A DNA stretch of 47,095 nucleotides. It comes from an uncultured Clostridia bacterium (GTDB lineage: Bacteria > Bacillota > Clostridia > TANB77 > CAG-508). A program made the position numbers and the translations under genes. How positions within the stretch are numbered: the first letter of the stretch is position 1; each line of letters begins with the position of its first letter. The notes under the pieces are model-generated. The model was not told where the DNA came from and did not search any database. It saw only the letters and a program-made list of their open reading frames with translations. The stretch spans positions 1-47,095 of the forward strand of contig CALXJQ010000003.1 in NCBI GenBank assembly GCA_944388665.1. Direction: 5' to 3'. Shown in pieces: positions 22,568 to 32,100 of this stretch.

Positions 22568-23704
22568 TTACAGCATTGAGGTAAAAAAAATTTTTTTGTC
22601 CTTTACCAAAATTTTTATATTTTTATTTGGAGTCAAATACTTATTTCCAATATTATTTTTACATAACCTTATAATATCCTCCACATTTATTAGACCAATT
22701 GAGTCACTACTACCAATTATATTTGTTATAGTATATAATATAATCCTTGATTTTATTACATTTTTTTGAAGATTAAATTCTTTTAAGTCTAATACAATTT
22801 CTTTTATTTTTTCATCATTTATAGGATCCTTAATTACCCTCAAAAGCATATTTCCGTAGGCTTCTCTCACTTGTTCATCAATATAATTTTGCTCATCACT
22901 AGCCAACTTCGAAAGCCTATCAAAAGTATCAATAATATTTGGGTTAAACTCTTTTTTAATATATGGAATAACTATATTTCGTATCTTATTTCTAGTATAC
23001 TCATTCTCAAAATTAGTTTTATCAATCCTTGGGTTCAAACCATGCTCTTCACAATATCTCTCAATCTCCTGCCTATCACATTCAATCAAAGGCCTAATAT
23101 ATTTGCCTCTCTTAGGTTCAATACCTATCAATCCATTAACTCCACAACCTCTAAACAAATGCATAATTATCGTTTCAACCTTATCATTCTTATTATGTGC
23201 AATAGCAATCTTATTCGCGCCAGTCTCCTTCAAAACCTCATCAAAAAATTCATATCTTGCTTTTCTTCCTGCTTCTTCCACTCCTATCTTCTTATTATTA
23301 GCCAAACTCATCACATCTATGCTTTTCGCATAAAACTTTATGCCATTTTTCTCGCAATACTCCTTAACATACTGCTCATCATCCTTTGCTTCTTCCCTAA
23401 TAAGGTGATTTACGTGAGCCACCACCAAAAAATTTGCCAAGAGGGACGTAGCGTTTTGGCAATTTTTTGCCACTGGGGACGTACCTTTTTGGCAATTTTT
23501 TGCCATTTTGCTACGTCCCTCTTGGCAATTTGTGAAAATAAAATTGTTTTCTTTTTGAAGCTTTAATAAAATGTCCAGCATGCACATTGAATCTGGACCA
23601 CCTGAAACTCCAAGTACAATTTTATCTCCTGGATTTATTAAGTTAAACTTTCTAATAGTATTAGCAACTTTATCTTTTAATGTTATTTTTTGGCAATCAT
23701 GCAT
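22568..23704 (-). CDS. tilS: tRNA(Ile)-lysidine synthetase carrying an in-frame REP-derived insertion
   Basis: SGGPDS PP-loop, AHVNH, ARY, AHNKNDKVET, RPL, RNKIR; upstream of ftsH; start is ATG 23704 or GTG 23713. Confidence 0.95.
   Translation of the reverse strand: MHDCQKITLKDKVANTIRKFNLINPGDKIVLGVSGGPDSMCMLDILLKLQKENNFIFTNCQEGRSKMAKNCQKGTSPVAKNCQNATSLLANFLVVAHVNHLIREEAKDDEQYVKEYCEKNGIKFYAKSIDVMSLANNKKIGVEEAGRKARYEFFDEVLKETGANKIAIAHNKNDKVETIIMHLFRGCGVNGLIGIEPKRGKYIRPLIECDRQEIERYCEEHGLNPRIDKTNFENEYTRNKIRNIVIPYIKKEFNPNIIDTFDRLSKLASDEQNYIDEQVREAYGNMLLRVIKDPINDEKIKEIVLDLKEFNLQKNVIKSRIILYTITNIIGSSDSIGLINVEDIIRLCKNNIGNKYLTPNKNIKILVKDKKIFFTSML
23430..23531. repeat. REP-like class C trimer inside tilS
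   Basis: Three TTGCCA...TGGCAA hairpins at a 33-bp period, each with a GGGACGT core (third one inverted). Confidence 0.95.
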
Positions 23705-23709
23705 AACTA

Positions 23710-24106
23710 TCACCCTTTCTTATCTAATTGCCTCAAAGTTTCTCTGCTTACACCTATTACACTTTCTATTTCTCTATATGAAACACCATAAGTAACTTTC
23801 AATGTATGCACTACTTCTTTTAGTTTTTCTCTGTTTCCCCTTTTTGAAGCTAAAATAGGCGAAATTCCTTGTTCATTCAATTTGTCAATAATTAAATTTC
23901 TGTTATCAGCTTTTTTATCAGTCTTCTCCTCCAAAAATGCGAATTCATTATTTTCTTCTGCATCGCACTCTTTCAAATTGGCACCTTCTATGATTCGTCC
24001 AACACTTTGGTATAATCTTGTTCTATCCGCTCCATACATTTTGGTAAAACTAGAATATTAGATGAAAAAATAGGGATATATTATTGTTTCTTGCTCTTCT
24101 TGTAAT
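23710..24106 (-). pseudogene. Internally deleted REP-associated tyrosine transposase (RAYT/TnpA-REP, Y1 HUH family) remnant
   Basis: Frame 24106-24050 reads ITRRARNNNISLFFHLIF* (like the RAYT N-terminus M.R.AR...FFH). A different frame from 24057 reads YSSFTKMYG... ending in an HTH-like GVSYREIESVIGVSRETL. The HUH and catalytic Tyr/NPV segment is absent. Class C repeats lie on both sides. Confidence 0.7.
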
Positions 24107-24298
24107 TTTTCCTCATTCCTTTCTACAATTTTAATAATAACCCCTTATCATACTCTCTATTTATTTTTAATATAGCCCTTTTTAATTCATCAATATTCGC
24201 TGTTTGATATTCGCTGTTGGCCAAATTTCATTACTTTACAACATTATTTCTAAACACCTTATTACTACCCCTGAATTTTCTTATCATCGTTAGTGTAC

Positions 24299-24327
24299 AT
24301 AATAATCGAAAAATTCCGTTTTGTCAA
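24299..24327 (-). promoter_or_regulatory. Sigma-A-like promoter upstream of the RAYT remnant and tilS
   Basis: TTGACA-17 bp-TATTAT on the minus strand. Confidence 0.65.
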
Positions 24328-24347
24328 TACTTTTTTAAAAGAATATC

Positions 24348-24420
24348 AAAAATTTGCCAAGAGGGACGTAGCTTAATGGCAAAAAATTGCCAAAAAGCTA
24401 CGTCCCTGGTGGCAAATTTT
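24348..24420. repeat. REP-like class C inverted doublet
   Basis: TTTGCCAAGAGGGACGTAGCTTAATGGCAAA + TTGCCAAAAAGCTACGTCCCTGGTGGCAAA. Confidence 0.93.
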
Positions 24421-24440
24421 AAAATTATAAATATTAAAAT

Positions 24441-24618
24441 ATAGCTGTATTTCTATTAAATTTATGCAATGACGAATGCGATTGGAGTGGTTGTAGCCAT
24501 TCTTGATATTAAATAAATGAGGGCGCGCTTCGCGAGAGGCTCGTTTGTTTAATATTTAGAATGGCTAAACCACGCATTGAGCCGAGGAATGAATAAATTT
24601 AATAGAAATATCAGCTAT
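24441..24618 (+). other. 178-nt rod-like hairpin with a central bubble (palindromic element or structured ncRNA)
   Basis: Outer stem ATAGCTG-TATTTCTATTAAATTTAT / ATAAATTTAATAGAAATA-TCAGCTAT; inner stem of about 33 bp, TGGTTGTAGCCATTCT...AAATGAG / CTCGTTT...AGAATGGCTAAACCA. Confidence 0.8.
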
Positions 24619-24639
24619 TATTATAGTAGTAATAGATAA

Positions 24640-24712
24640 AAATTTTGCCATCAAGGGCGTTCATCTTGGGCAAAGCCTTGACAAAAATGAGATGTCTCTG
24701 CTGGCAAAATTT
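24640..24712. repeat. Degenerate class C doublet
   Basis: AAATTTTGCCA...TGGCAAAATTT outer arms with decayed cores (AGGGCGTT, GATGTCTC). Confidence 0.7.
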
Positions 24713-24718
24713 AAAAAT

Positions 24719-24795
24719 GAACTTTAAGGAACGTCCCCAAAGTTCACGAAGAATGTTTTTGAGATGTTTTTTTCCTCCGTCCCCAAAAACACCTC
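24719..24795. repeat. REP-like class A (24719-24745) + class B (24761-24795)
   Basis: GAACTTTAAGGAACGTCCCCAAAGTTC and GAGATGTTTTTTTCCTCCGTCCCCAAAAACACCTC. Confidence 0.95.
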
Positions 24796-24803
24796 ACGGA
24801 TTT

Positions 24804-26138
24804 TTAGTCATCGAATCGTTTTTCGAGGTTTACAAATTTTGTATAGCTTCCAAGCCACAATAGTTCTACTGTGCCAGTTGAGCCACCTCTATGCTTTGCT
24901 AATATAACTTCTGCTATATCCTTTTTTTCACTATCTGGGTTGTAGTAATCATCTCTATACAGAAACATTACAATGTCTGCATCTTGCTCTATGGCGCCAG
25001 ATTCACGTAAGTCTGAAAGCATTGGTCTGTGGTCTGGTCTTTGCTCTACGGCTCTTGACAGCTGTGATACTGCAATTACAGGGACGTTAATTTCTTTGGC
25101 CAATATTTTTAATGACCTACTAATTTCTGAAATTTCTTGTTCACGGCTACCATTTCTTCTATTCGTTCCTTGTATTAATTGCAAATAGTCGATTATAACC
25201 ATACCAATATTTTTTTCAAGTTTCAATTTTCTACATTTAGCGCGGATTTCTGTTACTGAAATTCCTGGCGTATCATCAATGTATATTTCTGACTCTGAAA
25301 GAGGTCCTATTGCTGAAGCGAGCTTAGCCCAGTCGCCTTCTTCTAGTTTTCCTGTTCTCACTTTGTTGCTATCGACCATTGCTTCACTACACAAAATTCT
25401 GTTTACAAGTTGCTCTTTTGACATTTCCAAGCTAAAAATTGCCACAGGCACTTTGGCTCTAACTGCGGCATTTGTAGCAATGTTCAATGCAAAAGCTGTT
25501 TTTCCCATAGCAGGTCTGGCAGCTACCAGTATTAAATCTGATGGATGAAATCCCGCTGTTTTATAATCTAATTCAGTAAATCCTGTTGGAACGCCAGTAA
25601 TATACTGCTTACGATTATATAATTCCTCTAGCTTGGTAAAACTATCAACCAAAACATCCTTTATCGGAGCATATCCCTTCTGATCTTTATCCTGCATTAT
25701 GTTAAAAATTTTCTTTTCAGAGCTTTCCATAATTTCATCAACATCTTCTGTTGGGTCATATCCCAATTCGATAATTTCATTTGCAGTTTTTATCAAATTT
25801 CTTAATGTTGATTTTTCTTTAACAATCTTAATATATTTTGATGCATTAGCCGTAGTTGGCACTTTATCTGGCAACGAAACTATGTACTCCAAGCCACCAA
25901 CTTGTTCGAATTTTCCCATTGACTCTAATTCAGCTTTAACAGTTATTATATCTATCGGTTCTGCTCTATTATACAAATTGTATATTGCTGAATATATAAT
26001 TCTATTATCTTCGCGATAAAAATCTTCTTCTTTTAGGACTTCAATCGCTGAAGTTACAGCATCTTTATCTGTAAGCATACTACCTATTATTGCTTGTTCT
26101 GCTTCAGTATCATGTGGCGGTACTTTTCCTAGCTCCAT
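24804..26138 (-). CDS. dnaB: Replicative DNA helicase (DnaB; DnaC in Bacillus nomenclature)
   Basis: PPHDTEAEQA, AARPAMGKT, IDYLQL, SQLSR, DLRESGAIEQDAD. Confidence 0.98.
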   Translation of the reverse strand: MELGKVPPHDTEAEQAIIGSMLTDKDAVTSAIEVLKEEDFYREDNRIIYSAIYNLYNRAEPIDIITVKAELESMGKFEQVGGLEYIVSLPDKVPTTANASKYIKIVKEKSTLRNLIKTANEIIELGYDPTEDVDEIMESSEKKIFNIMQDKDQKGYAPIKDVLVDSFTKLEELYNRKQYITGVPTGFTELDYKTAGFHPSDLILVAARPAMGKTAFALNIATNAAVRAKVPVAIFSLEMSKEQLVNRILCSEAMVDSNKVRTGKLEEGDWAKLASAIGPLSESEIYIDDTPGISVTEIRAKCRKLKLEKNIGMVIIDYLQLIQGTNRRNGSREQEISEISRSLKILAKEINVPVIAVSQLSRAVEQRPDHRPMLSDLRESGAIEQDADIVMFLYRDDYYNPDSEKKDIAEVILAKHRGGSTGTVELLWLGSYTKFVNLEKRFDD

Positions 26139-26174
26139 CGATTCATTCCCCCTAACTATAAAATTACTCGGTAA

Positions 26175-26621
26175 TTACTCAGCTACAACATTCACTTTTA
26201 ATTTACTTGTGATGCCTTCGAATAATTTTATTTCTACTATATGTACTCCCAATGTCTTTATCGTTTCTTTTACATCAATCTTTTTCTTATCTATTTTTAT
26301 ATTATACTGTTTTTCTAGGTTTTGAGCTATTTCTTTACTTGAAACACCCCCAAAAATCTTTCCATTTTCACCTGCTTTTACAGGTATTTTCAAAGAAATT
26401 TGTGATAACTTTTTAGCTATTTCTCCTGCATTTTCCTTTTCCTGCTCTTTCTGAAATTTAGCAGAATTCAACTTCAATTCCAATTCAGACATATTTCCCT
26501 TGTCCGCAGCAACCGCCAATCCCTTTGGTAGCAGAAAATTGCGTGCATAACCATCAGAAGCATTAATAATTTGATTCTTTTTTCCTACACCTTTGATATC
26601 TGCTTTTAAAATTACTTTCAT
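26175..26621 (-). CDS. rplI: 50S ribosomal protein L9
   Basis: MKVILKADIKGVGK, GYARNFLLPKG, GKIFGGV. Confidence 0.98.
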   Translation of the reverse strand: MKVILKADIKGVGKKNQIINASDGYARNFLLPKGLAVAADKGNMSELELKLNSAKFQKEQEKENAGEIAKKLSQISLKIPVKAGENGKIFGGVSSKEIAQNLEKQYNIKIDKKKIDVKETIKTLGVHIVEIKLFEGITSKLKVNVVAE

Positions 26622-26644
26622 TTATATCACAATCCTTTCTTTTT

Positions 26645-26680
26645 GCCATTAGGTGAACTTTAAGGGGGCCCCCAATGGCA
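26645..26680. repeat. Degenerate chimeric REP (class C arms around a class A half)
   Basis: TGCCATT-aggTGAACTTTAAGGgggcccc-c-AATGGCA. Confidence 0.7.
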
Positions 26681-26685
26681 CATTT

Positions 26686-28701
26686 TTATGTTTCTAGTTC
26701 AGAGAAGTATTCATTTATGCGGTTTATTAGTTCTTGTTTTGTTTCTTCGATTGTCATGTTTTCTACTTGAGCGCCCGCAACGGTTATGTGGCCACCACCG
26801 CCGAGTTTTTCGAGGATTACTTGTACGTTGATGTCGCCTATTGAACGGCCACTTATGCAGACTTTGTCGTCTAGTTGGCCAATGACGAATGAGGCTGTTA
26901 TGTCACTGATAGTAAGTAGTTCATCTGCTGCTTTGGCGCAAACGATGCTTGCATCTTTGGCTTTTTCTTCATAAGTAGAGATGGCTATTGAGCTGTTTAC
27001 TACTTCCGCTCTTTTTACAATGTCTGCTATTCTATTAAAGCTTGCTAAGTCGCTTTGGAACCATTTTTTTACTCTTATGATGTCAACTCCGCATCTACGT
27101 AAGTAAGCTGCCGCTTCGAAGGTTCTTACCCCAGTTTTAAATGTGAAGTTTTTGGTGTCCATCATAATTCCAGCATATAGGCTTTCTGCTTCCATTGTTG
27201 TTAAATTAATATTTTCTTCTACATATTGAATTAGTTCTGTTACTAATTCACAGGCTGAAGAAGCATATACTTCTTGGAATGTGAGTGTAGCTTCTTCTAT
27301 ATAATCAGTACTTCTTCTGTGGTGATCTATTACCACTATCTTTTTTATTTTTTCTAATAATTCTGGCACTTCAACATAATTCTTTTTATTTGTATCAACT
27401 ACCACTAATAATGTATCTTCATCGATGTTTTCTAAAGCTACTTCTTTATTTATAAAAACATCTTCATATTCAGGAAATTTTTCTATAGATTTTCTGTATG
27501 CATCTAATGCTGAAGTGTTGCCCTCTGTAATAATATAGGCATTTGTATTTAATGCTTTTGCTATGCGATAAACACCCATACTAGCTCCAACGCAATCCAT
27601 GTCGGGGTTTGTATGTCCCATTATCATGACTTTTTTTGATTCTTTTATTAGATTTTCCAAAGCATGTGCTACTATTCTTGCTTTTACTTTAGTTCTTTTT
27701 TCTACTTCTTGAGCTCTTCCTCCAAAGAATTTATAAATCTCATTTTCTCTTATAACGGCTTGGTCACCACCGCGGCCTAAAACAACATCCATTGCGGCTG
27801 TTGCAGATTTATACTTTTCTTTATCAGTTGCACCCTCATTAGATACAGCAATGCTTAGCGTGAACTGTACCTTTTCTTTTACATCTATTTCTTTGATTTT
27901 ATCTAATATACTGAATTTATCTTCTTTTATGATGTCCAAATACCTTTGTTCAAAAAGATAAATATATCTGTCTTTTTCTGTTTTTATTAAAACTCCATTG
28001 GTTTTATTTGTCCAATCATATATGCATTTTTCTATTTGTGCAATTACTTGTGGTTTTTCTTCACTCTCTAAGCCTTGCATTGTTTCTTCGTAATTGTCTA
28101 TCATTATTATAGCAATACATGATTTTGAATCCTTGTATTCCTTTTGCAATTTCATATTTTCAGTGTCATCAATAAAGTAAAGCATTATCATGTATTCTTT
28201 TTTTGCTTTCTTTTCTTTTTTCTTTACATTAACATATTTCCCCAAAACCTTATAAGATTTTTCACCGATTTGGATTTGTTTTATAATATCACTTTTAGAT
28301 GTGCCTTGTTTTTCTATTTCTTCTGTTATTTCTTGTGTCAAATCATCTACATAAGTTTTCATATCTATATTAGCAAATTCTGATACAAATTTACTACTTT
28401 TCCAAATAATGCTTCCATTAGTTTCCAAAATTAGCAGTGGAAATGGAGAATTTATCAAGCTAGTTTTAGCTGCTGAATCTACTGTAAGAGTTAAATCCTG
28501 CAAAGTCTCAGATATCTCGCTTTTTCTTTTGTTGTTAGCATAATAACTATATATTAATATTAATATATAAATACATACTGCTGGCAAGATTAATTCTGTG
28601 TTCAGAACACATATTATCACTAGCAATACGAAAATTATAGCTAAATATATTTTTGTTCTTGATACTAAAGTATCGAGAACTTTTCTGCTATTATTTTGCA
28701 T
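26686..28701 (-). CDS. gdpP: Cyclic-di-AMP phosphodiesterase GdpP (DHH/DHHA1)
   Basis: 2 N-terminal transmembrane helices, GRGGDQ degenerate GGDEF, GHTNPDMD, IDHH, GGGGH; gdpP-rplI-dnaB synteny. Confidence 0.95.
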   Translation of the reverse strand: MQNNSRKVLDTLVSRTKIYLAIIFVLLVIICVLNTELILPAVCIYILILIYSYYANNKRKSEISETLQDLTLTVDSAAKTSLINSPFPLLILETNGSIIWKSSKFVSEFANIDMKTYVDDLTQEITEEIEKQGTSKSDIIKQIQIGEKSYKVLGKYVNVKKKEKKAKKEYMIMLYFIDDTENMKLQKEYKDSKSCIAIIMIDNYEETMQGLESEEKPQVIAQIEKCIYDWTNKTNGVLIKTEKDRYIYLFEQRYLDIIKEDKFSILDKIKEIDVKEKVQFTLSIAVSNEGATDKEKYKSATAAMDVVLGRGGDQAVIRENEIYKFFGGRAQEVEKRTKVKARIVAHALENLIKESKKVMIMGHTNPDMDCVGASMGVYRIAKALNTNAYIITEGNTSALDAYRKSIEKFPEYEDVFINKEVALENIDEDTLLVVVDTNKKNYVEVPELLEKIKKIVVIDHHRRSTDYIEEATLTFQEVYASSACELVTELIQYVEENINLTTMEAESLYAGIMMDTKNFTFKTGVRTFEAAAYLRRCGVDIIRVKKWFQSDLASFNRIADIVKRAEVVNSSIAISTYEEKAKDASIVCAKAADELLTISDITASFVIGQLDDKVCISGRSIGDINVQVILEKLGGGGHITVAGAQVENMTIEETKQELINRINEYFSELET

Positions 28702-28741
28702 AAATTTTCTTCTCCTTATTTTTATTATAATATACCATTAT

Positions 28742-28770
28742 ATTTTACTCGGAAAAGGCAGATTTGTCAA
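28742..28770 (-). promoter_or_regulatory. Sigma-A promoter of gdpP-rplI-dnaB
   Basis: TTGACA-17 bp-TAAAAT on the minus strand. Confidence 0.7.
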
Positions 28771-28783
28771 GGCTTTGAAGGCC

Positions 28784-29047
28784 TTATGTGTTATCATTAT
28801 CTAATTTATCCACCGTCTCTTTATATATATCATCTATGTTTTGCGTATTTGAATTATATTCTTGTTGAATTATCTCTATTTGCTTATCTTGCTCAATTGC
28901 TTCTGACCTTATTCTAAATAGCCACGTAGTTAAAACTACAACAAAAAATAGCATAACTACTGTAACAAATAAAGTTGCAGAGCCATTTTCTGAGCTTATT
29001 TTTTTTAATATTCTTCTAAGCATAATTTTATCCTTCTTTCTTTTCAA
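28784..29047 (-). CDS. Small single-transmembrane protein, prepilin-like N-terminus
   Basis: Basic leader, then ENG/SATLFVTVVMLFFVVVL hydrophobic helix; true start may be the ATG of MLRRILKK. Confidence 0.65.
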   Translation of the reverse strand: MKRKKDKIMLRRILKKISSENGSATLFVTVVMLFFVVVLTTWLFRIRSEAIEQDKQIEIIQQEYNSNTQNIDDIYKETVDKLDNDNT

Positions 29048-29140
29048 CTATCAATCATTATTGTTTTCATTATAACAAATACTATTATGCTTTTCAAGAA
29101 ATTTTTAATTTTTTACAATTCATGCTTATATGATCATAAT

Positions 29141-29176
29141 AAAAAGCACCATAACTTTTACATTATGGCACTTTTT
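29141..29176 (-). terminator. Intrinsic terminator after rpoC
   Basis: Minus-strand AAAAAGTGCCATAA / TTATGGTGCTTTTT. Confidence 0.8.
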
Positions 29177-29179
29177 GTT

Positions 29180-32100
29180 TTATTCTTTTTCAGTATTTGC
29201 TGACTCGTCTGCCTTACCTGATTCTTCTGTGCTCAAGTTTTCTGCTGACTCACTTTCTACTCTATCTGTATCTTGTACAGGTGTCTCTTCACTTTTTGCA
29301 TTCTCCTCAACTGTAGCATTTTCAGTTTCTTCAGTAGTTGATGTTTTTGTTGGCATTGTTGTATTTATCTGAATCTCTTGGTACTTCTTCATTCCAGTAC
29401 CTGCAGGGATTAATTTTCCTATAATTACATTTTCTTTTAATCCAACTAAATCATCTGTTTTACCTTTGATTGCCGCATCTGTAAGTACTCTTGTTGTCTC
29501 TTGGAATGATGCAGCTGACAAGAAGCTATCTGTTGCAAGTGATGCTTTTGTTATTCCTAGCAACACACGTTTTCCTGTTGCTGGGCGTTTTCCTTGTGCT
29601 ACTGCTTCTTCATTTTTATCAGCAAATTCATACATATCAATCAATGAACCTGGGAACATATCTGTATCACCATTATCATCAATTCTAACTTTTTTAAGCA
29701 TTTGTCTACCAATAACTTCTATGTGTTTATCATTTATATCAACACCTTGATTTCTATATACTTTTTGAACTTCTGATATCAAATACTCATATACCCCTTC
29801 TGGTCCTTTTACTGCCAATATATCACTTGGATTTATTGAACCTTCTATTAGAGGATCTCCTGCTTCTACAATGTCTCCATCTTTTACTTTCATCTTAGAG
29901 CCAAATGGTATTGTATATGTTTTTGAGTCATCTTTTGATGTTACTACTACTTCTTTCTTCTTCTTTGTTTCTTTTATTTTTACTTTACCAGCAATTTCGG
30001 TAATTATAGCAACACCCTTTGGTTTTCTAGCTTCAAATAGCTCTTCAACTCTAGGAAGACCTTGTGTAATATCTGCTACACCTGCAACACCACCAGAGTG
30101 AATAGTTCTCATAGTAAGCTGTGTACCTGGCTCACCGATTGATTGTGCAGCAATTATTCCTATTGCTTCTCCTATTGATACTAAGTCTCTTCTTGCTAAG
30201 CCCATTCCATAACATTTCTGGCATACGCCATGTTTTGAATGACATCCTAAAACTGAACGTACTTCTAGCTTTTCAATTCCTGCATCAACAATTTCTTCAG
30301 CAATTTTTTCTGTAATCATTGTATTTGTATCAACAATTAGTTTATTAGTCTTTGGATTGTATACGTCCTTTGTTACAAACCTTCCTAATAATCTTTCTTG
30401 CATTTTTTCAATTACTTGATTTCCATCTTTTATGTCATATACCATTATTCCTTCTGTTGTACCACAATCGTGCTCTCTAACAATTATATCTTGAGAAACA
30501 TCAACTAATCTTCTTGTTAGATATCCAGAGTCAGCTGTTCTTAAGGCTGTATCTGAAAGTCCTTTACGAGCACCATGTGCTGAAATAAAGTATTCCAAAG
30601 CATCTAGTCCTTCTGCGAAAGATGACTTAATTGGTATTTCAACTGCCTTACCAGTGGTACTAGCCATCAATCCACGCATACCAGCAATTTGCCTTAATTG
30701 GTTCATATTACCACGGGCTCCAGATTTTACCATCATGTATATTGGGTTCAATTCATCGAAGTTTGCTTCCATTGCATCACTAACTTCTTGAGTTGTATCT
30801 TCCCAAATTTTTATTACAGCTTTATATCTTTCATCATCAGTAATTAAACCACGAAGATATTGTTTTCTTACATTTTCTACTTTTTCATCAGCTTTAGCTA
30901 AAATTTCTTTTTTGCTATCTGGAACTTTAACATCATCCATTGAGAATGTAATTCCTGCTAAAGTTGAATATTTGAATCCTAAAGCTTTTATATAATCTAT
31001 AACTTCTGCAGATTCTGTTAGTCCATGTGTTCTTATAACTTTTTCAATTATTGTTCCCATTGATTTTTTCATAACTGGGAAGTCAATTTCATATTGGAAT
31101 GGATCTTTTTTTCTATCAATAAATCCTAAGTCCTGAGGAATTCCTTGATTAAAGATAATTCTTCCAACACTTGTTTCAATTTTTTTAGATTGCTCTTTGC
31201 CATTAATTTCCTTTGTTATTCTTACGAATATTTTTGCATGTATATCTACATCATGATTTTCAAAAGCCATTATAGCTTCATCAGGGTCTTTAAAATATTT
31301 TCCTTCACCTTTTTCGCCATCTAATGTCATTGTTAAATAATAGCTTCCCAAAATCATATCTAGTCTAGGTGTAGCAACTGGCTTACCATCTTGTGGTTTT
31401 AACAAGTTGTTTGTAGATAACATTAAATATCTTGATTCTGCTTGTGCTTCTAAAGATAGTGGTAAGTGAACTGCCATTTGGTCACCATCGAAATCGGCAT
31501 TGAATGCTTCACAAACTAATGGGTGAAGTTTTATTGCTCTTCCTTCTACTAGTACTGGCTCAAAGCTTTGAATTCCTAGTCTGTGTAGTGTTGGGGCACG
31601 GTTTAACATTACAGGATGATCTTTTATAACATCCTCCAAAACTTCCCATACCTCTGGCTTCAATCTTTCTACCATTCTTTTTGCACTTTTTATGTTTTGT
31701 GCAATATTTCTTGCTACTAGTTCTTTCATTACAAATGGCTTGAATAATTCAACTGCCATCTCTTTTGGTAAACCACATTGATATATTTTTAGCTCTGGTC
31801 CAACTACAATAACTGAACGTCCAGAATAGTCAACACGTTTACCTAACAAGTTTTGACGGAAACGTCCTTGTTTTCCCTTTAACATATCAGACAATGATTT
31901 TAATGGTCTATTACCTGCGCCTGTTACTGGCCTACCTCTTCTTCCATTGTCTATCAATGCATCAACAGACTCTTGAAGCATTCTTTTTTCATTTCTAACA
32001 ATTATTTCTGGTGCTCCTAATTCTAGCAATCTTTTTAAACGATTGTTTCTGTTTATTACTCTTCTATACAAATCATTCAAGTCTGATGTTGCAAATCTAC

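Noticed and set aside
23430-23531. 33-bp periodic repeats as a CRISPR array
   Set aside because: No unique spacers, one unit is inverted, no cas genes are present, and the same unit is dispersed elsewhere in the window
22871-23566. 231 aa plus-strand ORF
   Set aside because: Antisense shadow of tilS; probably open because of codon-pattern bias and local C enrichment
24193-24219. ATATTCGCTGTT direct repeat
   Set aside because: Two short copies in decaying DNA; most likely slippage
24645-24863. Short ORFs containing ERPQSS, RPQKH or CQEGRS (also 11186, 24217, 42029)
   Set aside because: Spurious translations of the REP-like repeats
26686-27200. Horizontal transfer as the cause of GC-rich patches in gdpP, htpX, tilS and the 43510 ORF
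   Set aside because: The patches grade smoothly within single genes, are strand-asymmetric and centre on repeats; better treated as the halo finding
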